From positions 1 to 56,871 of the forward strand of contig CAZMDP010000001.1 of the NCBI GenBank assembly GCA_964565015.1: a stretch of DNA of 56,871 nucleotides. Direction: 5' to 3'. Positions 8,176-16,344 of the stretch are shown piece by piece. The first letter of the stretch is position 1, and each line of letters starts with the position of its first letter. Below the pieces are notes generated by a model. The model ran no database searches. It saw only the letters and a program-made list of their open reading frames with translations, and was not told the origin of the DNA. Both the position numbers and the translations under genes were made by a program. Source of the DNA: an uncultured Prolixibacteraceae bacterium. Lineage in GTDB: Bacteria; Bacteroidota; Bacteroidia; Bacteroidales; Prolixibacteraceae.

Positions 8176-8299
8176 CGTTTGCGGCTTTGCGTTTGTGTGG
8201 GTATTCAAGGCTCGTCTGCCCACATTTGCACAACAGCTTAATAGAATTACAACTGATGGGCCTTTAACCGTCTGCCCACATAACGCAAAACCGTTTGTT
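8174..8299. repeat. attC-like hairpin
   Basis: Stem 8181-8203 / 8273-8294 with a bulged T, a C-A mismatch and G-T pairs; internal direct repeat CGTCTGCCCACA at 8213 and 8269. Confidence 0.85.
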
Positions 8300-8323
8300 A
8301 TGGGCAGGCACAAAACGAAATTT

Positions 8324-8473
8324 ATGTTAATAACAATCAACATCTTATTATGTCTGCTGAATGTAGCAATGGCGTTCAAAAACTATGAAGAACAAAGTTA
8401 CAAAAGTGCAATGTTTTCGGCATTCGCTGCTGGGTTTAGTGCTTCTGCTGCTATTGCCATTGTGATTATGTAG
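8324..8473 (+). CDS. cassette 2 small membrane protein (49 aa)
   Basis: MLITINILLCLLNVAMAF...; flanked by GTTATGGGCAGGCA 8297-8310 / TGCTTGCCCATAAC 8484-8497. Confidence 0.75.
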   Translation: MLITINILLCLLNVAMAFKNYEEQSYKSAMFSAFAAGFSASAAIAIVIM

Positions 8474-8494
8474 GGTGTCGCTTTGCTTGCCCAT

Positions 8495-8619
8495 AACGCA
8501 ATGGCGGTATGATTAGCCGCCATTACGAGTAATAACTTTTCAAAAAAAAAACTACTTATGAACGAAGCAAGTAACATTCAAAACAGCACTGAACAGGCGG
8601 TTAATTATACCGACCTGTT
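8495..8619. repeat. attC-like hairpin
   Basis: 19-bp stem 8503-8521 / 8596-8615 with a bulged A and 2 G-T pairs. Confidence 0.85.
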
Positions 8620-8875
8620 ATCGGCTGTTAATTCCGTCTTATTTGAACATCCTGAGTATCTGACGAAAAAAGGAGCATATGGTAAATGCGTTGATGCGTC
8701 TACGCAATTGTTATTTAAACTTGATGAAATGTATGACTTTCCAATAAATGGATATGTCGACGGTGATAAAAGACCACATCATTGGGCTGTGGTTGAAAAT
8801 TGGTGCATTGATTTGACGGCAAGGCAATTTGATGCAACAGATGAATGTCCAAAAATTTGGCTTAATAGCCGATAA
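8558..8875 (+). CDS. cassette 1 protein with possible Cys-His-Asp (papain/transglutaminase-like) triad
   Basis: GKCVDAS...HHW...IDLTARQF; starts inside the hairpin; GTTATCGGCTGTTAA 8617-8631 / TTAATAGCCGATAAC 8862-8876. Confidence 0.75.
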   Translation: MNEASNIQNSTEQAVNYTDLLSAVNSVLFEHPEYLTKKGAYGKCVDASTQLLFKLDEMYDFPINGYVDGDKRPHHWAVVENWCIDLTARQFDATDECPKIWLNSR

Positions 8876-8937
8876 CGTGTATACTTCCGCACCCCCTCTT
8901 AACAAACAAATTATCAACCTTTTAAAACACAAACACT

Positions 8938-9768
8938 GTGGAATTAACAATTGATAAATATAAAAATGAGTTAATCAGGTTAAACTATGCTGTCAACAGC
9001 ATAAAAGTTTACTTGCAATGTTTTACAAAGTATCTGCAATACTTTGAAGGCCGGGATTATCGAAATATAAGCGATGCTGAGATAAAAAACTATCTTCTGC
9101 ATTTGGTCAACAATGATAAGATTTCGGGTAATTACCAGAATCAGATCATCAATTCAATAAAATTTTATTACGAAAAAGTACTTAACCGGCCCAGGAAAAC
9201 ATATTCCATCAACCGGCCCCGCAAGCAAACAAAATTGCCTGAAGTACTTTCGCAAGCCGAAATTAAAAGCATGTTTGATGTATGCACAAACCTTAAACAC
9301 AAAGCCATACTGCTGCTTATGTACAGCGCAGGTTTACGCGAAAGCGAAGTAATAAACCTGTGTGTTAGCAACATAGACAGCAAAGAAATGGTAATTAACA
9401 TTAAACAGGCCAAAGGTGCAAAAGACAGAATAGCACCCCTTAGCCCAAAAATGCTGGAAGTATTGCGAGAATATTACAAGCAATACAAACCCGAAAACTA
9501 TATGTTTAAAGGTCAGTTTAAGGAACAGTATTCTGCTACTTCGATAAGAAACATTGTAAATCAATTGGCAGAAAAGGCAAAAATAACCCGCAATGTTCAC
9601 CCTCACCTTATCAGGCATTGTTTTGCAACACATTGTTTCGAGGCTGGCACCGAACTTGCATTACTGCAACGAGTTTTAGGCCACAAAAACATAAAAACAA
9701 CCATGATATACGCACACATTTCAAAGCGTAAAATAAGCCAGATGTCCACTCCCGATCAAAACTTTTAA
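8938..9768 (+). CDS. tyrosine recombinase (XerD/IntI-related, no IntI insertion); candidate cassette integrase
   Basis: GTG start; N-terminal SAM-like domain; GLRESE, KGAKDR, HLIRHCFATH, LGH and TMIY catalytic set. Confidence 0.92.
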   Translation: MELTIDKYKNELIRLNYAVNSIKVYLQCFTKYLQYFEGRDYRNISDAEIKNYLLHLVNNDKISGNYQNQIINSIKFYYEKVLNRPRKTYSINRPRKQTKLPEVLSQAEIKSMFDVCTNLKHKAILLLMYSAGLRESEVINLCVSNIDSKEMVINIKQAKGAKDRIAPLSPKMLEVLREYYKQYKPENYMFKGQFKEQYSATSIRNIVNQLAEKAKITRNVHPHLIRHCFATHCFEAGTELALLQRVLGHKNIKTTMIYAHISKRKISQMSTPDQNF

Positions 9769-9788
9769 ATACCCAAAAAACCTGCCAC

Positions 9789-10160
9789 ATGCCTAAATTC
9801 AAAGCCAAAAACCTACTTATTTCACCCGATGGCAAACACTTCATTTTTTACCAAAATACATCCATGTTTCTTATGGTGCAGGTTTTTCCGCACAATACCC
9901 TGGCTTCTGCTCAGGATCAGCAGGAATATCTCGAAAAATATTATGCCTGGCACAAGCTCCCTTTCGCTTCTGCCATTACTTCTTTCCGCAGGCAGGCTTT
10001 CCTTCTCGCAGCAGTCAGAGCTTCCGTGCCTCAAAATTCCGATCCCCTCAAAATGCACAATACGCTCAAACGCCTTGCCGACTGGTACCTCTATTCTTAC
10101 CTTATTCCTGTCGCCAATAATTCAGCTCCCGATCTGCCCGATACCGACCTGATCATGTAG
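9789..10160 (+). CDS. hypothetical protein
   Basis: 123-aa ORF with phage-backbone codon style. Confidence 0.65.
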   Translation: MPKFKAKNLLISPDGKHFIFYQNTSMFLMVQVFPHNTLASAQDQQEYLEKYYAWHKLPFASAITSFRRQAFLLAAVRASVPQNSDPLKMHNTLKRLADWYLYSYLIPVANNSAPDLPDTDLIM

Positions 10161-10186
10161 CTCGTTTTTATCTCTGCTTCACCCTT

Positions 10187-10230
10187 AAGCCGGTGGTTCG
10201 CGCTATTTTCCGCTAACCATCGGCTTTCTG
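10187..10230 (+). terminator. probable terminator closing the accessory block
   Basis: AAGCCGGTGGTT 10187-10198 / AACCATCGGCTT 10215-10226 followed by a T-rich stretch. Confidence 0.5.
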
Positions 10231-10235
10231 TCATT

Positions 10236-10271
10236 TGTCCTTTATCAAGCACGCCTGCATTTATAGTTTTG
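10236..10271 (+). promoter_or_regulatory. putative late promoter 1
   Basis: TGTCCTTT-N20-TAGTTTTG. Confidence 0.75.
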
Positions 10272-10289
10272 CCAAAAAACTTCGCCTCT

Positions 10290-10556
10290 ATGCACGTCTA
10301 TGAAATTCTCGCCATTGCATCTGCTTATCTCGGTTTGCTTATAACAGTTGCAAGAATAATCACGCAGAACAACAAAAACATTTCCAATCGCCTCGAATCC
10401 GGGTCCATTAAAATGACCAAAATCGAAAAAGACATCGAGCGCATGGAAAAAGAACTTTCGGCTAAAGCAAACCGCGAACTCGTTGAGAACCAGCTTAGAA
10501 ACATAGAGGAAAAGTTGGGCGAAATTAAAGAACTCATTCAACACGCAATCAAATGA
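10290..10556 (+). CDS. membrane-anchored coiled-coil protein (lysis module)
   Basis: N-terminal TM followed by a coiled coil; directly precedes the putative endolysin. Confidence 0.6.
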   Translation: MHVYEILAIASAYLGLLITVARIITQNNKNISNRLESGSIKMTKIEKDIERMEKELSAKANRELVENQLRNIEEKLGEIKELIQHAIK

Positions 10557-10978
10557 TTCAGGCATTCTTAACACGGCCGGGCTTCGACGATCAGGGTACT
10601 TTCGGTGTATTATCTGCTCCCGAAGTTCAGCTCAATGTGTTTGTTGGCGAATTGCCCTGGCGTGGCAACAAAGTTGGTCTATCGCGCATCCCTGCCGGCG
10701 ATTATATCTGCAAACCATATAAATCGCCAAAATTCGGCCGATGCTGGATTGTACACAATGTTCCCGGCAGATCCTATGTGCTGTTTCACAAAGGAAACCT
10801 CGTGGGCGATGTGCTCAAAAACTACTTAACTCACTCCCGCGGCTGCATTTTACCTGGCAGATTCCTCGGTAAGATCAAAAATCAGAAAGCCGTTCTCAAT
10901 TCTACCAGCGCATTTAGCGAAATGGTTGCAAAAATTGGCCTCGAAAACTCTTTTAAACTCAAAATAATTGACCTATGA
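10553..10978 (+). CDS. DUF5675-like putative endolysin
   Basis: GTFG, ELPW..N....S.IPAG.Y, VPGRS.V.FH.GN and S.GCILPG motifs. Confidence 0.7.
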   Translation: MIQAFLTRPGFDDQGTFGVLSAPEVQLNVFVGELPWRGNKVGLSRIPAGDYICKPYKSPKFGRCWIVHNVPGRSYVLFHKGNLVGDVLKNYLTHSRGCILPGRFLGKIKNQKAVLNSTSAFSEMVAKIGLENSFKLKIIDL

Positions 10979-11574
10979 TCGAAACTATTCTCGGTGTTGC
11001 TACCGGATTCCTGGGCAACATCATCACCAGTTTTACCAACCTTAAGGCGCAAAAAATCAAAAATCAGCACGATATTGAAATGCGCCAATACGATCTCAAA
11101 GAGCGCAAATTGGAAGCCGAACTGCAGGTAGCTGTCGAAACTGCCCGCACCGAAGCTGCCATCGAACAGGCCGAAGCAAATGCCTATATCGAAAGTATGC
11201 GCAGCGCCAATGCCGATGTGCTTACCGCCGAAAAACTGCAGGTTCTCTCTGCAAGTGGCTCAAAATCTGGCCGGTTCCTCGCTTTTATTATGGGCCTGGT
11301 TGATGCTTTCAGGGCTTCTATACGTCCAGGGCTTACCGTGTATCTCATTGCTCTTACTACACTTCTCACCATTAAGGCTGTGCAGATCCTCGATGCCAAA
11401 GAACCCCTACTTTCTGCTATTCAGGCCCGCGAAGTATTCACTCAGGTGAGCGATGTAGTAATTTACCTTACCGTTTCGGTTGTTACCTGGTGGTTTGGCG
11501 ACCGCCGTACTGCAAAATTCCTCTATCGCCTCAACGATGGTAACATTCAGGATAAAGAAAAGAGGGGATACTAA
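10975..11574 (+). CDS. putative holin (3TM type)
   Basis: Hydrophobic segments, SIRPGLT and WWFGDR motifs, adjacent to the endolysin. Confidence 0.6.
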   Translation: MIETILGVATGFLGNIITSFTNLKAQKIKNQHDIEMRQYDLKERKLEAELQVAVETARTEAAIEQAEANAYIESMRSANADVLTAEKLQVLSASGSKSGRFLAFIMGLVDAFRASIRPGLTVYLIALTTLLTIKAVQILDAKEPLLSAIQAREVFTQVSDVVIYLTVSVVTWWFGDRRTAKFLYRLNDGNIQDKEKRGY

Positions 11575-11846
11575 TGGCTATTCTTAGGGCGCAGGCACTT
11601 CGCGAAATGGATATTAAACAGGACCCATACGGTAAACAAGTGGTGTTCTCAATTAAGTTCATCAAAAAAAACGGCGAAATAGTTTTCCTGCCACGTGCCG
11701 TTGCCACAGGCCTGCGCATGAATATGAACCTCAACCGCAAAAGAGGCGTACTTCCGGTTAACGATAAAAATGAACCGGCCGGTCACATTTACCCGGTTTC
11801 CATTGACAACATCATCGAGTTTAACTCTCACAAAGTAATGTTATGA
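11574..11846 (+). CDS. conserved hypothetical phage protein
   Basis: 90 aa, translationally coupled to the portal gene. Confidence 0.7.
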   Translation: MAILRAQALREMDIKQDPYGKQVVFSIKFIKKNGEIVFLPRAVATGLRMNMNLNRKRGVLPVNDKNEPAGHIYPVSIDNIIEFNSHKVML

Positions 11847-13219
11847 CAAAAGTCTTGTATAATAAAGAGGGTATTCCTTTGCTGGCTTATGGTTCAAAGG
11901 CTTATTACAGCACGCACGGCACTCCGCGTGTTAACAAAGCTGCTGCCGATAAGGCCGAAAAACCAAAAGTTTCTGAGCAAACCGAAATTACCGACGATAA
12001 ATTGTCCGTGGGCGATATTACTCTGGCCGCGTGGGGACCAAACAACGATTTTCCCAAAACTGCCTACGATACCATACGTTCGGTAGGTGTGCTCAATACC
12101 GGGCTTAAATTTATCCGCAATCTTACCATTGGCCAGGGTATTTTCCCTTGCACCGTTAACGGCTACGACGACGATGGCAACGAACTGCTGCAGGTAGTAA
12201 ACGATGCCGAAGTAGTGGCATTTTGTAACAGCCGTATGGTGCGAAGGTATCTCGAAAAAAGCCTGCGCGATTATCTTAAGTTCGGAATCGGAAATGTACA
12301 GCTCGTGCCCAATGCCGATGGTTCTCAAATGGTTGGCCTTAACCCGGTTAACTCTATGTTTGTGCGCTATGGTATTGCCGAAGCTGGCGTTATAAGCAAG
12401 GCCGCCATTTCTGGTAAGTTCCCCGACAGCCCATCCGAAGGTGAATTTGAGATTTGTGATGTGCTCGACGAATACGATCCTATGTCCGACCTGTTAATCA
12501 GGCAAATGACCGGTAAAGTTAAAGACAAACCCCTCTTGTTTGCCATACGCGATAGCTGGTCAAATGCTGAGTATTACTCCGAACCTATCTGGTACAGTGC
12601 CTACCTCGCTGGCTGGGTTGATATTGCAAAAAGCATCCCCGTTTTCCTCAAAAAAGCATATCAGAATCAAATTACATGGAAATGGCATGTAAAAATTCCT
12701 TATGCCTATTGGGATAAAAAATTCCCAAAAGAGGAATATCCAAACATAGCCGACCGGCAGGCAGCTATTCAGGAGTACATGGATGCACTCGAAGAAAATC
12801 TCTGTGGCCAGGAAAATGCCGATAAACCCATTTTTACTTTCTTTGAAATCAATCCCAACTCAGGAAAAGCCGAAGAAAAATGGGAAATTGAACCCCTCGA
12901 CAATAAATCTAAAGAGGGCGATAAACTTATAACCTCGGCAGCTGCCAACAGCGAAATTCTGTTCTCTCTTATGATCAATCCAAACGTACTCGGAGCGGGT
13001 ATGCCCGGCGGAACCTATTCGTCAAATCAGGGCGGAAGCAACATTCGCGAAGCATTCCTGGTAAACATCGCAAACGCCTGGATAGACCGCCAGAATATCC
13101 TCGATCCCATCGAAACATATCTCGAATACAACGGTAAAAAAGGTATTCAGATCCGTTTTCGTTCTACCATTCTCACTACGCTCGATACTGGTGCAGGAAC
13201 CACTAAAAAATTAAGCTGA
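11843..13219 (+). CDS. portal protein
   Basis: 458 aa; WGPNNDFP, YYSEP.W and GGSNIREA motifs typical of Bacteroidota phage portals; position in the module. Confidence 0.75.
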   Translation: MTKVLYNKEGIPLLAYGSKAYYSTHGTPRVNKAAADKAEKPKVSEQTEITDDKLSVGDITLAAWGPNNDFPKTAYDTIRSVGVLNTGLKFIRNLTIGQGIFPCTVNGYDDDGNELLQVVNDAEVVAFCNSRMVRRYLEKSLRDYLKFGIGNVQLVPNADGSQMVGLNPVNSMFVRYGIAEAGVISKAAISGKFPDSPSEGEFEICDVLDEYDPMSDLLIRQMTGKVKDKPLLFAIRDSWSNAEYYSEPIWYSAYLAGWVDIAKSIPVFLKKAYQNQITWKWHVKIPYAYWDKKFPKEEYPNIADRQAAIQEYMDALEENLCGQENADKPIFTFFEINPNSGKAEEKWEIEPLDNKSKEGDKLITSAAANSEILFSLMINPNVLGAGMPGGTYSSNQGGSNIREAFLVNIANAWIDRQNILDPIETYLEYNGKKGIQIRFRSTILTTLDTGAGTTKKLS

Positions 13220-14268
13220 TGCTCATTAGAACAATTGAGGAAGTGAAGGCTGTTATACCTTCTTCCGCCGAAAACACCGACTTTAATCTGCTTTCTACTC
13301 ACCTGGCCAATGCCGAACTGCAGTTTATTTCACCGCTTTTTGGTGCCGATATGTATTGTGCCCTCCTCGGGTATTACACAAACCCGCAAACATACAAGAT
13401 TACCGACGATCTCAGGCTCAATAACTTCCTTATGGATGCAACCTCGGCCGACGATCCTGAGCTTGATAACCTTTCTGCACACGACAAAGCCTGGGCTTTA
13501 TTGCTTTTCTACACACAAAAGGCTATTGTTAACCTGGCTTATTATTCAGGCTTCGATGTACTTAATGTAATGTTCGATAACAAAGGCTTTACCCGTTTCG
13601 AAGGCGATACAAGCAAAAGTCTGTTTAAATACCAGGAAGATGGCCTCCGGAAATATTTCAGAAATGCCGGACTCGACGGACTCGATACTCTGCTCGAAAT
13701 ACTCGAAACCCGTATCCAGCATTTCGAGGCTTACAAATCTCAGCTATACAAGCACAAAGGCCGTATATTTCCCGATACAAAATCGTTTAACGAAGTGTAT
13801 TTTATCAATAATTCGCGCCTCGTTTTCGACAGACTAAGGCAGCATATGCGGCTGGCCGAAGATTTACACCTCGCTCCCGTTATTACAAAAGCCAATCTCG
13901 ATCTTATCTCCACCGAACTCCTTAAGGAAAATCCTGCTCAATTCGTTCTCGACATTTTGCCCTACGTTCGCAAACCCATCGCTTACATCAGCTCTGCTTT
14001 GCTTATGCAGGAAACCGGTGCCGAACTCACCGATCGCGGGCTTTATCTCAAAGGACTGAAAAACCTCAATAATTCCGATCTCGAAATCAACACCCCCGAA
14101 GCAAGGGTGGTCGATCTTATTGCACGAAACTTCAAAATTGCTGAGCAATATATGATCACTCTCAGGCAATTTATGGCTGCCAATGCCTCGCAGTGGAATA
14201 ACTATTCAAATCCAAGGGCTGGCCTTCATAATCGCGATAATTCTGGCAAACGAACATTTTTCACATAA
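13219..14268 (+). CDS. putative head-tail adaptor (DUF6712-like)
   Basis: Follows the portal; internally duplicated AE...I/L.P motif. Confidence 0.55.
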   Translation: MLIRTIEEVKAVIPSSAENTDFNLLSTHLANAELQFISPLFGADMYCALLGYYTNPQTYKITDDLRLNNFLMDATSADDPELDNLSAHDKAWALLLFYTQKAIVNLAYYSGFDVLNVMFDNKGFTRFEGDTSKSLFKYQEDGLRKYFRNAGLDGLDTLLEILETRIQHFEAYKSQLYKHKGRIFPDTKSFNEVYFINNSRLVFDRLRQHMRLAEDLHLAPVITKANLDLISTELLKENPAQFVLDILPYVRKPIAYISSALLMQETGAELTDRGLYLKGLKNLNNSDLEINTPEARVVDLIARNFKIAEQYMITLRQFMAANASQWNNYSNPRAGLHNRDNSGKRTFFT

Positions 14269-15011
14269 TGCAGAAGATAGAAGTTACCTATAATCTGTTT
14301 CCGTGGTGGAAAATAAAATTCACCAGGCAACAGCCCCAGAGCTGGCAGGAAATAAATGCCCGGCAGCTCATTGCCATTTCTTACAGGTATCTCAACCTTA
14401 AGTCCGATGCGTGGTTCATCGCCAAGTTCTTATCGCTCCCGCATTTTTTGGTTAAGCGTTTGCCTCTGTTTTATGTTTACAGCCTTATACAGGAAATTAC
14501 ATTTATAAACGATTACACCCCCCGCGATACATTTGTAATTCCTCAAATTGCCAACGGCATCGCTCCCCTGCCTAAGCTCGGCCAAATGCCTTTCGGCCGG
14601 TTTATGTTTATTGACACATATTTCAACGACTTTGCCTCAAACAGCAACAATATCGAAGCACTCGATAAATTTGTAGCTTGCCTCTACTGGCCGGGCGATT
14701 TAGCATTTAACGAAAACCTTATTGCTCTCCGGGCCAAATCAATCGCACGCATTAATCCCATTGTAAAACAGGCAATCGCAATCAATTACCGCCTCGTAAA
14801 AGACTGGCTCACCGATAAATATCCTCTCGTTTTCTCAAAAAAGCAGGAAACCGATGAACCCGCACGAAAATCAAATTCATCATGGATCGCGGTTTTCGAT
14901 ACCATCGTTGATGATGATATCATCAATTCCGATAAATACGCCCTCAAAACCATTCACGAAGTTTTGAGATACATCACCCGCAAAATCAAGCAAAATGCAA
15001 AAAGGTCGTAA
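14268..15011 (+). CDS. hypothetical morphogenesis protein
   Basis: 247 aa, PQSWQEIN motif, coupled within the late operon. Confidence 0.6.
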   Translation: MQKIEVTYNLFPWWKIKFTRQQPQSWQEINARQLIAISYRYLNLKSDAWFIAKFLSLPHFLVKRLPLFYVYSLIQEITFINDYTPRDTFVIPQIANGIAPLPKLGQMPFGRFMFIDTYFNDFASNSNNIEALDKFVACLYWPGDLAFNENLIALRAKSIARINPIVKQAIAINYRLVKDWLTDKYPLVFSKKQETDEPARKSNSSWIAVFDTIVDDDIINSDKYALKTIHEVLRYITRKIKQNAKRS

Positions 15012-15495
15012 ATTTTCATCACTCATTCAATATTTCGAGCATATTGCCCGAAACCATGTGCAAATCAGGCATAACGATTCTGATAAACATTTCTTCAGGC
15101 TTGAGCTCGACGAAATTATAAACGGCCTTCGCAATATTAAAGGCATTAATCTCAGCCTCGAGGGTTACAGCCTCAGCTTTCTCGATCACAAAAGCGATAA
15201 CCCCGAAAAATGCCGCACACTCGCCTTTGTGCTCACTCATTCTGTCAAACCCGGAAATATTGATCAGATCCACCAGGCATGGGATACTCTCGAAGAAATC
15301 GGCGACGAAATTCTTTGCCGTATGCGCGAAGATAAACGCGACACATCTTCACCCGTAAGAAACTTCGATCTCGATTCTGTCGAGGCAACACTAATGTCGT
15401 TCGACCCCGGTCTTTACGGAATCCGCTATATGTTTCAGATCAACAGCTTTTTCGCTACAAGCACCGATTCAACCAAATGGCTCGATAAGCAATGA
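14995..15495 (+). CDS. putative tail completion/terminator protein
   Basis: Size and synteny. Confidence 0.45.
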   Translation: MQKGRKFSSLIQYFEHIARNHVQIRHNDSDKHFFRLELDEIINGLRNIKGINLSLEGYSLSFLDHKSDNPEKCRTLAFVLTHSVKPGNIDQIHQAWDTLEEIGDEILCRMREDKRDTSSPVRNFDLDSVEATLMSFDPGLYGIRYMFQINSFFATSTDSTKWLDKQ

Positions 15496-15974
15496 GTTAT
15501 TCTGTCCTTTCGCCCCCTAAAGTTTCCTGGAACGACTATATGGCTCAAAACCAAATAGTCAAGGCATGGGCTGTTTCCACTCAGGCCAAACTCAAAGCAT
15601 CTGCAGCTCAGCTGGTCAGAGGCAAAAAAGGAACTGTGCAGCGCCGCAATAAATACGGAACCGTTCGCGACGAGGAAAAACTTAAAAACTCTATACGCCA
15701 TCGAATCTATATGAAACATGGCATTTCCGAAGGTATAGGGTTCAGGATCGAGAGGCATGGCGTTTTTGTACACAAAGGCGTGGGTAATGGATACCGCATG
15801 GAAAATGGAATTGTGGTTCGCTATGCCAAAAATCCACCGGGTCCAAACGGGCCACGAGTACCTAAAGACTGGTTCAACAATATTATTAACCAGAACGTGC
15901 CTGCACTGGCCAATATGGTTGCTCAGGTTAACGCCGATGCCGTAATTAATGCAGCACGTATGAGAATTAACTGA
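15492..15974 (+). CDS. basic neck/tail-completion-like protein
   Basis: LKNSI, HGVFVHKGVG and R.PK.WFN motifs. Confidence 0.5.
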   Translation: MSYSVLSPPKVSWNDYMAQNQIVKAWAVSTQAKLKASAAQLVRGKKGTVQRRNKYGTVRDEEKLKNSIRHRIYMKHGISEGIGFRIERHGVFVHKGVGNGYRMENGIVVRYAKNPPGPNGPRVPKDWFNNIINQNVPALANMVAQVNADAVINAARMRIN

Positions 15975-15975
15975 T

Positions 15976-16263
15976 ATGGCAAAGAAAAAACATACCGACG
16001 ACGAAAACCCCGGAAACGATGCTTCTGTAACCATCAATCTTTTCGGCCCGCCACCAAACCTTTCGGCAATTATCTCTTTCCTGTTTGCTCCTGCGCCAAA
16101 TGCACAGGCTGCAGATATGCTCCTTTCTGCGGCCGATCTGTTCGACACTGTTTCGCAACACTGCGAAGCATCAAAACAACACATCTTCGACGAAATGATT
16201 CTGCAGAATTTCCGTGCCATTACCATTGAAGGCGAAATTTATTGGATGGTTATGGAATTGTAG
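15976..16263 (+). CDS. hypothetical protein
   Basis: 95-aa ORF. Confidence 0.6.
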   Translation: MAKKKHTDDENPGNDASVTINLFGPPPNLSAIISFLFAPAPNAQAADMLLSAADLFDTVSQHCEASKQHIFDEMILQNFRAITIEGEIYWMVMEL

Positions 16264-16283
16264 TGTTTGCGGGCATTTCTGTG

Positions 16284-16319
16284 TGTCCTTTATTTTATTG
16301 AGCCGCAAATATATTTTAG
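16284..16319 (+). promoter_or_regulatory. putative late promoter 2
   Basis: TGTCCTTT-N20-TATTTTAG. Confidence 0.75.
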
Positions 16320-16344
16320 CACCCGTTTACTCATTCTCACGATC

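Larger units (their letters stand above)
6152..9768. mobile_element. integron-like gene-cassette array with cognate tyrosine recombinase
   Basis: About 8 small ORFs flanked by cassette-specific GTT.../...AAC inverted repeats and separated by long imperfect hairpins; recombinase adjacent. Confidence 0.85.

Noticed and set aside
8079-8379. ORF-track entries 8079..8267 (+) and 8125..8379 (-)
   Set aside because: They cross cassette boundaries. The shorter ORFs 8038..8175 and 8324..8473 fit the repeat architecture.
6989-8619. Inter-cassette hairpins as simple rho-independent terminators
   Set aside because: The loops are long (tens of nt), there are no U-tracts, and the AAC/GTT boundaries are fixed.
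6152-8876. CRISPR array or REP-like repeat family
   Set aside because: There is no identical direct repeat: the hairpins differ in sequence, the intervals are whole ORFs, and no cas genes are present.
6989-8876. Shufflon/invertible segments (inverted repeats flank each gene)
   Set aside because: The repeats are gene-specific rather than shared, all genes have the same orientation, and hairpins lie between units. Excisable cassettes fit better, though single-gene inversion is not formally excluded.
8938-9768. Calling the recombinase intI or xerD
   Set aside because: It lacks the IntI-specific insertion and is not in a chromosomal xer context, so no symbol is given.
15435-16226. 263-aa minus-strand ORF and similar antisense ORFs
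   Set aside because: These are shadows of well-supported plus-strand genes and have no recognisable motifs.
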